Positions 39,621-49,366 of a stretch of 64,000 nt of DNA are shown piece after piece. The stretch lies in contig CAVVMW010000007.1 in the NCBI GenBank assembly GCA_963749495.1, positions 1-64,000 of the forward strand, given 5' to 3'. The notes under the pieces were generated by a model. It did not search any database. It was not told the DNA's origin and saw only the letters and a program-made list of their open reading frames with translations. The position numbers and the translations under genes are program-made. Source of the DNA: an uncultured bacterium (lineage in GTDB: Bacteria; Verrucomicrobiota; Verrucomicrobiia; Limisphaerales; UBA8199). How positions within the stretch are numbered: the first letter of the stretch is position 1; every line of letters begins with the position of its first letter.

Positions 39621-40178
39621 TCAACCGACCGCGTGGAACTCTGCGAGCTTCTTTTCAAACGCCGCATCATCCAATACCGGCGTGGCTCCGTCCGTGGCAA
39701 TATCGCGGTCCAGCGTTATCCAGGATTGGCAGCCGGCGTAGGCCGTGGTCAAAGGGAGTTCCACGGCTTGAGCTAGCCGAAAAACGCGCACGGCCAGCAC
39801 ATGGATGGCCCGGTCTTTGCCCCAGTCAAATCTTCGCTCAATGACCTCGTCTCGCCAGATATGCTGGCCGCGCAGCGCTTCGGCCTGCGAGAGAGTTTCG
39901 AGTCGGCGTGCCTTCACCAGTTCAGCGCTGAGTTCCAGGCGAACCATTTCGGCTGAAACGGGCCGCCGGTGCAGCAGCTCATTCAACCGCGCCTGGGCGC
40001 TGGCCACCACGCACTGGCGCTGCTGGTGGTAGCGCGTGGGGAAAAGCAGGAACCGCCGATGCTCCGGCCGAAAGCCCCCGCGCCCCTCGTGAATTCCACC
40101 CTTGCGCAGCAGGAGGATTTGGTCCCCACGGCTCAGCGTATCCACGACGATTTCCCACTCTTTGAAGGCTACACGCAC
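39621..40178 (-). CDS. DUF1802 family protein
   Basis: AFKEW...GDQILLLRKGGIHE...FLLFPT..HQ...YAGCQSW. Confidence 0.85.
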   Translation of the reverse strand: MRVAFKEWEIVVDTLSRGDQILLLRKGGIHEGRGGFRPEHRRFLLFPTRYHQQRQCVVASAQARLNELLHRRPVSAEMVRLELSAELVKARRLETLSQAEALRGQHIWRDEVIERRFDWGKDRAIHVLAVRVFRLAQAVELPLTTAYAGCQSWITLDRDIATDGATPVLDDAAFEKKLAEFHAVG

Positions 40179-40306
40179 GAAACGAACTTAAAGCCGGTGG
40201 CCTGGAGTGTCGAGGTGAGCCGCTTGCGCGCGGAAGAGCGGTTCGTGGTTGGGCTTGCTCTGATCGGCAGCGGCATACAACGCGCGGACACGATCGCCAC
40301 CTCAAG

Positions 40307-41185
40307 ATGGAGGCCTCTCAGACCGCCAGCGACATCGGCGGGCTGGAAAACCTCAAACTCTGGCTGACGATGCGCAGCAAGGCGTTCACCCGCAAGGCCC
40401 GCGAATTCAAGCTGCCCGTGCCGCGCGGCATCCTCTTGGTCGGAATCCCCGGCTGCGGGAAGTCCCTCTCGGCCAAAGCCGCCAGCAATATCTGGGCGGT
40501 GCCTTTGATCCGCTTCGACATCGGCCGCGTGTTTGGCGGCCTGGTCGGCGAATCGGAGAGCAACATGCGGCTCGCCATACAGACCGCCGAGGCGATCGGC
40601 AGTTGCGTTCTGTGGATTGACGAAATGGAGAAGGCCTTTGCCGGCATGGGAGGCAACGGCACCACCGACGGGGGCACCAGCCAGAGGGTTTTTGGCAACT
40701 TCCTGAGTTGGATGCAGGAGAAGACCAAGCCCTGCTTCGTTATCGCCACCGTCAACCGGATCGAAGGGCTGCCCCCGGAACTCCTCCGCAAGGGGCGTTT
40801 TGACGAGATTTTCTTTGTGGATTTGCCTTCGGAGAAAGAGCGTGCGGACATCTTGCGAATCCACATCCAGAAATACGGCCGCAAGGTGGAGGACTTCGCC
40901 GAAGAGGACATCAGCCAGATGGTCGCTGAATCCGCAGGCTTTAGCGGCGCTGAACTGGAGGAGGCCGTGGTCAGCGGCCTCTTCGCCGCCTTCCACCACG
41001 ACCGTGACCTGACCGGAGAAGACATCCTGAAGGCCATCAAGGAGACGAATCCGCTCTCGAAGTCGAAGGCGCCAGAGTTGGAAGCCATGGCGAAATGGGC
41101 TGAGAACAACGCGCTCAACGCCAGCCGGGTCGAGAAGGGCAAAGCCTCCGGCAAAACCGGCGCCGGACGACAATTGGACCTCTAA
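40307..41185 (+). CDS. AAA+ ATPase (Ycf46-like), probably N-terminally truncated
   Basis: DIGGLENLK, GIPGCGKS, LWIDEMEK, LPPELLRKGRFDEIFFVDLP; begins at the ATPase module. Confidence 0.85.
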   Translation: MEASQTASDIGGLENLKLWLTMRSKAFTRKAREFKLPVPRGILLVGIPGCGKSLSAKAASNIWAVPLIRFDIGRVFGGLVGESESNMRLAIQTAEAIGSCVLWIDEMEKAFAGMGGNGTTDGGTSQRVFGNFLSWMQEKTKPCFVIATVNRIEGLPPELLRKGRFDEIFFVDLPSEKERADILRIHIQKYGRKVEDFAEEDISQMVAESAGFSGAELEEAVVSGLFAAFHHDRDLTGEDILKAIKETNPLSKSKAPELEAMAKWAENNALNASRVEKGKASGKTGAGRQLDL

Positions 41186-41210
41186 AGCCCAGAAGAAATC
41201 CCTGCATATT

Positions 41211-41660
41211 ATGTCGCACGTCACCGTCATTGCCGTTGAACTCAAGGATCTGGACGCGCTCAAAGCCGTTTGCGCGGCGCTTGGATTGGAGTTGCGTGAA
41301 AACCAAAAGACCTACCGCTGGTACGGCCATCATGTTGGGGATTACCCCATCCCTGAGGGATTCACTAAAGCGGACTTGGGCAAGTGCGACCACGCCATAG
41401 CCGTCAAGGGCAACCGCGATGCTTATGAAGTCGGCCTGGTCAAGCGGGGCGATGCGTTCATTCCCCTGTGGGATTTCTGGCAGGGCGGATACGGGCTGCG
41501 CGAAAAGATTGGCGAAGGCGGCAGTACGCTCATCTCGGCATACACCAAGGAAGTCGCCGTGAGGAAAGCCCGGCAATTCGCCAAGTCCAAGGGCTGGAGC
41601 TACAGCGAACGACTGGATGCGGCGACACAGGAAACCGTGATCACCCTGAGAAAGTACTGA
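41211..41660 (+). CDS. DUF1257 (Ycf35-like) protein
   Basis: MSHVTVI.VELKDLDALK.VC..LG; follows the Ycf46-like ATPase. Confidence 0.7.
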   Translation: MSHVTVIAVELKDLDALKAVCAALGLELRENQKTYRWYGHHVGDYPIPEGFTKADLGKCDHAIAVKGNRDAYEVGLVKRGDAFIPLWDFWQGGYGLREKIGEGGSTLISAYTKEVAVRKARQFAKSKGWSYSERLDAATQETVITLRKY

Positions 41661-41662
41661 CC

Positions 41663-41866
41663 ATGCAGGAAATCAAGCTCATCATCGGCAAAGACGGCAA
41701 GGTGAATATCAACGTGGCCAGCGTCAAAGGGTCCGCCTGCCAGGACCTCACCAAGAGCATTGAGACGGCTCTGGGAAGAACTGAGTCCGTCCGGAAGAAG
41801 CCGGAGTTCCATCAACAGCAGGCTGCCAGCGCCAAACAACGCCTTGGCGGGTCCCCGGTGAACTGA
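41663..41866 (+). CDS. DUF2997 protein
   Basis: I.KDGKV.I.V..VKGSACQDLTKSIE.ALG. Confidence 0.75.
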   Translation: MQEIKLIIGKDGKVNINVASVKGSACQDLTKSIETALGRTESVRKKPEFHQQQAASAKQRLGGSPVN

Positions 41867-41874
41867 TCTCGAAA

Positions 41875-42132
41875 ATGCCCCAGGAATTACAAATCGTAGT
41901 CCGCGAAGGCGAGATTCGGTTTATCCACCAGGATGACCTGGCCGAAGCATTTCAGGCAGGAAAGGCTGTCACCCGCCGCGCCAGCCATGTGGAGCCGGGA
42001 AACGGCGGATGGAACGTCAACCTCCGGCCGGTCAAAGGACCTGTGCTTGGGCCATTCCATCGCCGGGATACCGCCCTCCAAGCCGAGGAAAACTGGCTTC
42101 GTCAACATTTGACCCCGATCCCGAAGGAGTAA
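41875..42132 (+). CDS. Hypothetical protein
   Basis: RRASHVEP...W.V.L.PV.GPVLGPF.RR..AL.AE..WL. Confidence 0.6.
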   Translation: MPQELQIVVREGEIRFIHQDDLAEAFQAGKAVTRRASHVEPGNGGWNVNLRPVKGPVLGPFHRRDTALQAEENWLRQHLTPIPKE

Positions 42133-42743
42133 GTCAATGCCCATCTACATAAACCGCGAAGATCAACACAACAAGTATTGGCAGTACCGGGTGGAGGGCC
42201 TGAGCGTTCACGTCAGTTGGGGACGCATCGGCGGGAATTCTGACAGCCAGGTCAAAACGTTCAGCAACCCGGCAAGCCTGCACGCCTTCGTTGACGGCAA
42301 AGTGTCCGAGAAGCTCCGCAAAGGGTATCGGGAAGCCTCCGAAACCGAACTCAAGAAAGAAGCCCAGACGGCCAAATCACTGGGCATTGAAAACAAGATC
42401 AAGCGGTTGCTCTGGGTGGATCTCAAGAGTAAAACCCTGGCCCTGCTGAACAATTACGATCCGAGCAAATATATCTACGTGGAAGTGCTCAACTCCTGGA
42501 GCAAGGAGGTGACGCGGCTGTTGCTCTCACGCAGCGGGACCTGGCAGCTAGCCCGCATATTTCATAGCCCACCCGGCTTTTCGCGTTTCGGAGGATTTTT
42601 TGGAGACAAATCGGGCTGGGCGGCGCAGTTTTTTCCGTCTGGGCACTGATCAGGGCGCAACGGAGTCTTTAGTCAAACAAAAAGGCTGCCGCTGAAAACA
42701 CCCCTCCCGTGACTCTTGAAACATCGACCCCATTTTTCTGCAC

Positions 42744-44192
42744 TTAGCCCGGGGCCGGCGCCAACGCCATCAGCCGCCGGTGGCACCGCCGAAACAGCGC
42801 TTGCAAGGGATAGGCGCTGCACATCTGCACATAGACCCGGCGCACGCTCACGCGCACCTGGGCCGCGATTTTCAGCAGCTTCACACGCAGGCTCCCAGCC
42901 GTCGCCCGCTCCAACTCCGTTCCCGCCAAGCCCTGCGTGCGCAAGCGCTCCATCAACAGGTAAGCAAACATGGCCTCCCACAATCGAAACTGATTGCTGG
43001 CCATATAATGCGTGCTCATCCGGTCGGCGTGTAAATCCAGCACTTGCTGCTTGAGCAGGTTTTCCATATCGCCCCGGGCGCAGTACAGTTCCTCATAAAG
43101 CCGGGCCGGACTGAAGCGGCTCTGTTGCTCATCCTCATCCTCATCGTTCTTGAAGCCTTCGGCAGGCAGATTGGTCACCACAAACCGTGGGTTTTCCCCT
43201 GCGTTCATCACTTCGGCTTTGCCGATCACCCGGCGCTCCCGACTCCAACTGTCGAGCGTCCGGTATTGAAACTCAGCGAACTGGCGCACGCTGGCCGCAC
43301 CGGTCAGACAGTGACGGGCCCGGGCTTGAGCCAGGGCCGGCCCCAGCTTCTCAATTAACACCGAGTTCTTGGCCAAGCCCAGGCAATAGTAAATCCCCCG
43401 CTGGCTCTCGCACCAAGCCATAATCTCCTGCCGGCCAAAACCGCTGTCCCCGCGCACAATAATCCGCGCCTTGGGGCAACGCTTGCGAATCGCGGCCACT
43501 ATCTTCTCCAGCGCGGGCACCGCTCCGTGGGCTGCCTCGTGCTCGGCGGTGCGCAGTTGCGCCCATAGCGGGAAGTCCCCGACAAAGGCATAGAGCGGCA
43601 GATAACAATAGTCGTCATAGTAGGCGTTGAAGTGCCGCCCCTCCTGAAATCCGTGCAACCGATGGCCCATTGCGTCCAAATCCACCACGATCTCCTTGGC
43701 GCGTTTGGGCAGACAGCGCACCCCCATTTTCAGCAGGCAGGCTTCCACCTTGGCTGGGGCGTGCGGCAGTTTGTGGCAGCGCGTGTCTTTGTTATTGGAT
43801 AATTCCAGCCGGTTGAGTGTGGAGGGCGCCGCCAGCGCGATGCCCCGGTGCTGCGGCAGCACCCTGTCTTGTCCCAGCGGATCGGTCTTGCCGCAGGCGG
43901 CAGCCAGCAGCGGGTCCAAGCGCAGGCGCTGGTGATCCTCAATGTCTTCGTAGCCCAGGGCCGTTCCGAAGATGCGCTGGCGCAGGAGTTCCTGCACCGA
44001 ATGGTCTACCCAGTCGGGGTCACGCAGGTCGTAAAAACATTGCGCCAGTTCCGCCGTCACCCCGAGGTTAGTGTCAACCTGGCGCAGCAGCAGCGCGCCG
44101 GCATCACTGGAGAGGGCGCCGCCGGAGAAATCGGCTTGCACACGGCGAGGACCCAAGTCATCAAAGAGAATTGCTTGATTGGCAACGCACAT
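42744..44192 (-). CDS. IS1380-family transposase
   Basis: F.GG.LSSDAG.LLL, HGFQEG..FN.YY...CYLPL, VRGDSGF, YCARGDMEN.LKQ. Confidence 0.92.
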   Translation of the reverse strand: MCVANQAILFDDLGPRRVQADFSGGALSSDAGALLLRQVDTNLGVTAELAQCFYDLRDPDWVDHSVQELLRQRIFGTALGYEDIEDHQRLRLDPLLAAACGKTDPLGQDRVLPQHRGIALAAPSTLNRLELSNNKDTRCHKLPHAPAKVEACLLKMGVRCLPKRAKEIVVDLDAMGHRLHGFQEGRHFNAYYDDYCYLPLYAFVGDFPLWAQLRTAEHEAAHGAVPALEKIVAAIRKRCPKARIIVRGDSGFGRQEIMAWCESQRGIYYCLGLAKNSVLIEKLGPALAQARARHCLTGAASVRQFAEFQYRTLDSWSRERRVIGKAEVMNAGENPRFVVTNLPAEGFKNDEDEDEQQSRFSPARLYEELYCARGDMENLLKQQVLDLHADRMSTHYMASNQFRLWEAMFAYLLMERLRTQGLAGTELERATAGSLRVKLLKIAAQVRVSVRRVYVQMCSAYPLQALFRRCHRRLMALAPAPG

Positions 44193-44214
44193 GTAGTTAG
44201 TCTATAGGCTAGAT

Positions 44215-44436
44215 ATGAAAAAGCAAGTAAAATATTCACTCAAAGTGCAGGCAATCCGTTCCAAGGGGCAGACCCCCAAGCTCTATGTGTATTTTCCGAT
44301 CCCCCTGGCCGCCGCCATTGGGCTGGAGCCGGGAGAGCAGGTCGAGTGGGAGCTTTTGAACCGAAGCGAACTATATTTGGTGCGCCCGCACGCCCCGCCG
44401 CCGCGCGCTCGTCCCCGCGCTTTGGCAGTCGGCTGA
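44215..44436 (+). CDS. AbrB/MazE-like small DNA-binding protein inside IS1380
   Basis: YVYFPIPLAAAIGLEPGEQVEWEL. Confidence 0.65.
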   Translation: MKKQVKYSLKVQAIRSKGQTPKLYVYFPIPLAAAIGLEPGEQVEWELLNRSELYLVRPHAPPPRARPRALAVG

Positions 44437-45452
44437 GCGTTCGACACCCTGTCGGTAACCCACCCGCCATCCTGCCAGTGGTCCAGGCCCGGTAAATCCG
44501 GCCCACCATGGCGATTTCATGCCAAATTTCGCGATCAACTATGAAATATGCGGGCTAGGGGAGGGCATCAGCGAGCACGATCGCACCATTTCATTCAGCA
44601 CCCGCAATCCAGTCGTCGGCGAGGGGGAGAGATTTGCCAACACGGTTCGCCAGATGCTCCGCGACATGGCCGTCACGGTCGCCGAGGTGATGAAGACGGT
44701 CAAGTTCGCCGCGGTCGGCGCGCGGAACCTGTTCGACAACGGAGGCGGCGGCGAAGAGGCGCCGGAGCTGGCCGACATCGCCGCCCCCGGTTTTGACCGG
44801 CAGGTCATTTCCAAGTTTGCCGCCCTGGGCCAGCGTTGCCTGGATTTGTGATTCTGGCCCGGACAGGCCGGGGGATTACCGAATGGAAGCGACCAATTCA
44901 GCGGCAAACACAGACGCATGAGCAAGCAAGTCCTCCTTAACCAAGCGGTCCTCGAATTTCACGGCGCCAGCGATTTGCTCTGCGGCATCACCCAAGCCCT
45001 GGAGAAAAAGCTGGGCCAAGCGAACTGGACTGAGTTGCTCAAGCCCCTTCTCCAAGGCATCCCAGCCAAAATCCGAATTGTGGACGTCCAGCGGTCCTGG
45101 ACGCACTCGCCAAAAGCCGGCCAAGACCGGAAGCAGCCGGAAAAGAGGCGCGTTCTGCGTGGGGATTACCCGAATCGGCTACGGCAGCAAGACCTTCGAG
45201 ATTTCAGATGTCACCGCGGCCGAGGCGGCGAAAATCGCCCTTGAGCGGGCCGGCAATTGTGAGTTCACGGAGACGAATTCTGAGTACGAAGTCCTGTTTG
45301 TCCGCGAGAAACCGTAGGCCGTTTCAAGAGCAAAACGCGGTCGCCGGGCGGGGGCGTTTCGACCATTCGGGTGGTTCGCCATGGGCAGCAACCCGACTTT
45401 CGACCAGTTCGGCGGCATCAGAGCGGAACGCGAGCGCCTGCCCTGACTTGCC

Positions 45453-46544
45453 TTAAAGCAACACCAGTTGGTGCTCGCTTGGTTCGCGCAAGCTTGCCAC
45501 CCCCAGTCCGAGCAACCGCAACGGCCTAGACACCAGCTTCTCCCGACCCAATAGAAAGCAACCCAGCCGGTAGATGTCGCCAGCTTCCGTCAGCAGGTCT
45601 TCGACCGTGACCTGGCGTGTAAGGGTGGTGAAATCGCCGTAGCGCACCTTCACCTGGACGGTGTGGGCGCCGAGTCGGCGGTGCTTGAGCCGGGCCGAAA
45701 TGTCCGCCGCCTGGGTCCGCAGGCAGGCCCGGAGCACCTTCCGGTCATCGGTGTCCTGGAGGAAAGTTTCCTCGCCGCTGATGCTCTTGATCTCATCGCC
45801 CAGCTCCAGCGGCCGGTCGTCCTGGCCAAAGGCGAAGCCCTTCAGCTTCGGCCCGAATGAGCCGACGAGGGCACGGAGGTCTCCGGAATAGTCCTGCACA
45901 TCTCCCACCGTCTCCATTCCTGCCTGGCGCAGAATCTGTTCGTTCACTTTGCCCACCCCGTAGAGCGCCCGCACCGGCAGCGGACGCAGGAACTGCACCT
46001 TGTCCTTTTCGGTGATGAGGGTTAGCCCGTCCGGTTTCTGGTGGTCGCTGGCAATCTTGGCCAGCAGCTTGTTGGCGGCAATGCCGATGGTGGCGGTCAG
46101 CTGCCGCTCCGCGGCGATCCGCTGCTTCAACCGCTGTGCCAGCGGCCGGGACCGCAGCAGGGATCCATCGGCATCCTCCGCTTGGCAAAGACCCGACAAG
46201 TCAAGGTAGGCTTCGTCAATCAACATCTGCTCCATCACCGCCCCGGTTTCGGCGACGAGCTTCATGATCTGCCGGGATTCGTCCTGGTAAGCCTCCATGC
46301 GGGGCCTGACAAAGAGGCCTTTCGGGCAGAGCCGGCCCGCCGTGGCACTGGGCATGGCCGAGCGCACGCCGAACTTGCGGGCCTCGTAGCTGGCCGCGCA
46401 CACCACGCCGCGCTGCGTGGGTGGCGCTCCCACAATCACCGGCTGGCCGCGCAACACCGGGTTGTCCCGCTGCTCGACTGAGGCGTAAAACGCATCCATG
46501 TCCAGATGGAAAATGACGCGATGCATCGCCGGAGAGATTGCCAT
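45453..46544 (-). CDS. dinB: DNA polymerase IV (Y family)
   Basis: FHLDMDAFYASVE, AASYEARKFGVRSAMP, IDEAYLD, NKLLAKIASD..KPDG. Confidence 0.95.
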   Translation of the reverse strand: MAISPAMHRVIFHLDMDAFYASVEQRDNPVLRGQPVIVGAPPTQRGVVCAASYEARKFGVRSAMPSATAGRLCPKGLFVRPRMEAYQDESRQIMKLVAETGAVMEQMLIDEAYLDLSGLCQAEDADGSLLRSRPLAQRLKQRIAAERQLTATIGIAANKLLAKIASDHQKPDGLTLITEKDKVQFLRPLPVRALYGVGKVNEQILRQAGMETVGDVQDYSGDLRALVGSFGPKLKGFAFGQDDRPLELGDEIKSISGEETFLQDTDDRKVLRACLRTQAADISARLKHRRLGAHTVQVKVRYGDFTTLTRQVTVEDLLTEAGDIYRLGCFLLGREKLVSRPLRLLGLGVASLREPSEHQLVLL

Positions 46545-46822
46545 GTTTACCTGGAAGACAGAAGCCCGACCTCCGAAAACGTCAAACCCGACTATCTGGC
46601 CTGCTCAGGGAAACCGTTTAACGCCGAAGTGCGCCGGGCGGCGTTCGATAAAGTCCTGGGGATGATTGAGAAGGCTTTGTCCTGAACCGGTCCCGGCCGG
46701 CGCAGGATGTTTCGCGCTGCGTGGGGTAGGCCCGGGATGATCCTTCACGGCCAGGGACGCTGCCTGCAAGTCCGCCGGCGCGAATCCGATGACATCGCCG
46801 GGGAACGGTGCGTTATTAAGGC

Positions 46823-47236
46823 ATGCGACGGATTCATGTTCCGACCCTCACCCGGTTCATCCGTGAGGTGCTGGGGTGCAACTGCCCGGATGAGGTTTTC
46901 CGCCGGGTTGAGGCCCAAACCGGCAGTAGCGCCGTCAAAAGCTGCTCCGCCGACTGCGAGATCCGCATCGGTGGCAGACTGCTCGTCGTTGTGACCTCCG
47001 AACCAATGGAGCGTCTGACCGTTTCCCGGATCGAGAACGTGTTCGCGGAGGGGAGGCGCGCCAGAGACGCGGGCGGTTTCAACCGCTTTCGGCTGGTGGT
47101 GCGGTCGGATGCCGCGGCGCAAGAGACGGAAAAGCTCTTGCAATCATTCGAGAAAATCTCCACCCGGGATGAGAAGACGCACCTGCACGTGCTTGGAAAA
47201 CACGAGGTGCCCGATTTCTTCGAGGAAACCTACTGA
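46823..47236 (+). CDS. Hypothetical protein
   Basis: LGCNCPDEVF...GFNRFRLVV. Confidence 0.6.
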   Translation: MRRIHVPTLTRFIREVLGCNCPDEVFRRVEAQTGSSAVKSCSADCEIRIGGRLLVVVTSEPMERLTVSRIENVFAEGRRARDAGGFNRFRLVVRSDAAAQETEKLLQSFEKISTRDEKTHLHVLGKHEVPDFFEETY

Positions 47237-47279
47237 CTGTCGTCTTGTGTCAGGCCTGAGGGAAGATGAAAAATTGCGA

Positions 47280-47633
47280 TTAACACGTCACGTGCAAAAT
47301 CGCAAAGGTCTCCCCGCGTTTTATTAAACCCAGGAGTTGACACGCCTGGTCGGTCGGCACTGCGAGGAGTTTGATCCCACGGCGCTTGGCCTCGGCCTCC
47401 ACAGCCGGCAGTATCGGCAGTTTGCCGTACACCCCAGTGCCAACAATCAGCTGCCTTCCTCCCCAGGGGATGTCCTCCTCGGCAGACAGCGGCGTGTGTC
47501 CGTATTCATCGCGAAAGCGCTTAGAGGCGCTCTTCTTCCGCTTCTTCACCTCGCCCGCTGCGATCACGATATCGTGGTCGTAACGTTCGCCGTCCACTTC
47601 GATTTCTCCGAATCCAAGGACTTCGACTTTCAT
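47280..47633 (-). CDS. Mth938/DUF498-like protein
   Basis: FGEIEVDGERYDHD...LIVGTG..G.L...ILHVTC. Confidence 0.8.
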   Translation of the reverse strand: MKVEVLGFGEIEVDGERYDHDIVIAAGEVKKRKKSASKRFRDEYGHTPLSAEEDIPWGGRQLIVGTGVYGKLPILPAVEAEAKRRGIKLLAVPTDQACQLLGLIKRGETFAILHVTC

Positions 47634-47723
47634 GCCGCTTCCGGTTGCCGCCGCACGATAACCCGCCGCAGGGGAGTTCCGCAAGGCGCGCTCACCCGGC
47701 CCCGTGTCAATTTGACCCGCCAA

Positions 47724-48398
47724 ATGCCCGATCGTAAAATCGCGGGCATGGCTATCCTGCTCGAAAGACTCGGCCGAGCGGCGTCCGACCCGCGTCAACT
47801 CGCCCGGAAGGCGATGAAGCATCACGACTGGTTGGAGGAACTCCTCAGGGGTCTGGACGCGGACAAGGCCCGCATCAAGTACGGCTGCGCGAAAGCGCTC
47901 CGTCTCGTCAGCGAACAACGTCCCGAGGTGCTTTATCCCCGTTTCGATTTCTTCGTCGGTCTGGACCACAAGAATAAGATCCTCCAGTGGGAAGCGGCTT
48001 TCGTCCTGTCGCAACTGGCTCGCGTTGATGGTGACGACAAGTTCCCTGGCGTCTTTGATAAATACTTCTCTCCCATCGCCGGCCCGGTGATGATCACGGC
48101 CGCGAATGTCATCCGGGGGGGGGCGCGAATCGCCCAGGCCAAGCCGCATCTGGCCGACCGGGTGGCCGCGGAGGTGGTGAAGGTGGCGCGGGCTCGATAT
48201 CAGACCCGCGAGTGCCGCAATGTCGCTGTCGGCCATGCGATTCTCGCGCTGGGGGACTTCTTTTGCCTGCTCAACCATCCCGAGCCGGCGCTTGAGTTTG
48301 TGCGCCGGCAGCTCAGGAACCCTCGGCCCGCCACCCGAAAGAAGGCGGAGCAATTTCTGAGAGGCACTCCAAGCCGTGCAAAGAACCTCGCGACATAG
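47724..48398 (+). CDS. HEAT-repeat-like protein
   Basis: Repeated helical pattern, IKYGCAKAL..VSE..PE.LYP. Confidence 0.55.
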   Translation: MPDRKIAGMAILLERLGRAASDPRQLARKAMKHHDWLEELLRGLDADKARIKYGCAKALRLVSEQRPEVLYPRFDFFVGLDHKNKILQWEAAFVLSQLARVDGDDKFPGVFDKYFSPIAGPVMITAANVIRGGARIAQAKPHLADRVAAEVVKVARARYQTRECRNVAVGHAILALGDFFCLLNHPEPALEFVRRQLRNPRPATRKKAEQFLRGTPSRAKNLAT

Positions 48399-49119
48399 AG
48401 GCGCCGACCCCGAAGATGAGCGTTCGTTCGGCGCCGGCCGCCTGCCTGCCCTGCGCCAGGCCACCAGCGATCTATGCTGGCTTCTGGACCATGGCTATGG
48501 CATCGCCTCCGCGACGGAATTGGTTGGAGACCGTCACCATCTGACGCGACGGCAGCGGGTCGCCATTGCCCGGTGCGCCTGTTCCGGGGAGGCGAAGGAG
48601 CGGCGTGACGGGCATCGCGTCGCCACGACGCAGTTGCGGGGCCAGGAGCTTTGGCTGGACGGCTTTAACGTTTTGACGGCGGTCGAGACCGCCTTGGGTG
48701 GGGGAGTGATTCTCATTGGGAGAGACGGCTGCTGCCGGGACGTGGCCGGGGTTTATTCCCATTACCATCAGGTGGCGGAGACCCTCCCGGCTCTGCAGGC
48801 CATAGGTCAGTGTATCTCGCAGTGGGCGGTGACCAAGTGCCACTGGTGGCTGGACAGCCCCGTTGACAATTGCGGACGCCTGAAAGGGATCCTCCACAAA
48901 GTGGCCACCGAAAGCGGTTGGCCCTGGCAGGTCGAACTGGTGACCAACCCGGACCGGGTGCTTTCAGCCACCGACCAGATCGTCTCCAGTTCAGACCACG
49001 CGATTCTGGACCGGTGCCAAAAGTGGTTTAACCTGGCTCGCCAGGTGATCACCCAACACGTGCCGCAAGCGCGCTTGGTGGACCTTGGCCTCGGCGAGCA
49101 CACTCCGACAGGGGCCTGA
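48376..49119 (+). CDS. DUF434 family protein
   Basis: L..GY......LVGDRH.L..RQR, LDGFNVL..VE, DG..RD.AG. Confidence 0.8.
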   Translation: MQRTSRHRGADPEDERSFGAGRLPALRQATSDLCWLLDHGYGIASATELVGDRHHLTRRQRVAIARCACSGEAKERRDGHRVATTQLRGQELWLDGFNVLTAVETALGGGVILIGRDGCCRDVAGVYSHYHQVAETLPALQAIGQCISQWAVTKCHWWLDSPVDNCGRLKGILHKVATESGWPWQVELVTNPDRVLSATDQIVSSSDHAILDRCQKWFNLARQVITQHVPQARLVDLGLGEHTPTGA

Positions 49120-49364
49120 TGAAACTCATCCCGATCCAGGTTGAATGCTATGCCGGGGCCAAAGCCGACGAGACGCCGCGCCGGTTCATTTGGGAAAATG
49201 TGCCCATCGAAGTCGGTGAAGTCTTCGACCGTTGGTACCAGGTCGAAAGCAGACCCGAGTGGCCCCGCGCGGACTATTTCAAAGTGCGGGGCACAGACCA
49301 GAACGAGTATCTGCTCAAACACGACCTCGAATCCGATGAATGGTTTCTGGGTCAACGGAGGTGA
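49119..49364 (+). CDS. Small hypothetical protein
   Basis: VECYAG.KADETPRRF...DYFKV. Confidence 0.65.
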   Translation: MKLIPIQVECYAGAKADETPRRFIWENVPIEVGEVFDRWYQVESRPEWPRADYFKVRGTDQNEYLLKHDLESDEWFLGQRR

Positions 49365-49366
49365 CC

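Larger units (their letters stand above)
42552..44554 (-). mobile_element. IS1380-family insertion sequence
   Basis: 16-bp inverted repeats CCCGCATATTTCATAG / CTATGAAATATGCGGG flanked by CTAG duplication (42548-42551, 44555-44558). Confidence 0.9.
42137..44851 (+). pseudogene. WGR-domain protein interrupted by IS1380
   Basis: HNKYW...VSWGRIG; removing 42552-44558 restores ...TWQL-GEGISEHDRT... in frame. Confidence 0.8.

Noticed and set aside
40169..41263. Long antisense ORFs (e.g. 40169-41263, 529-1743, 2888-4033, 21146-22315, 38322-39560)
   Set aside because: They mirror recognisable genes on the opposite strand, as expected in GC-rich DNA.
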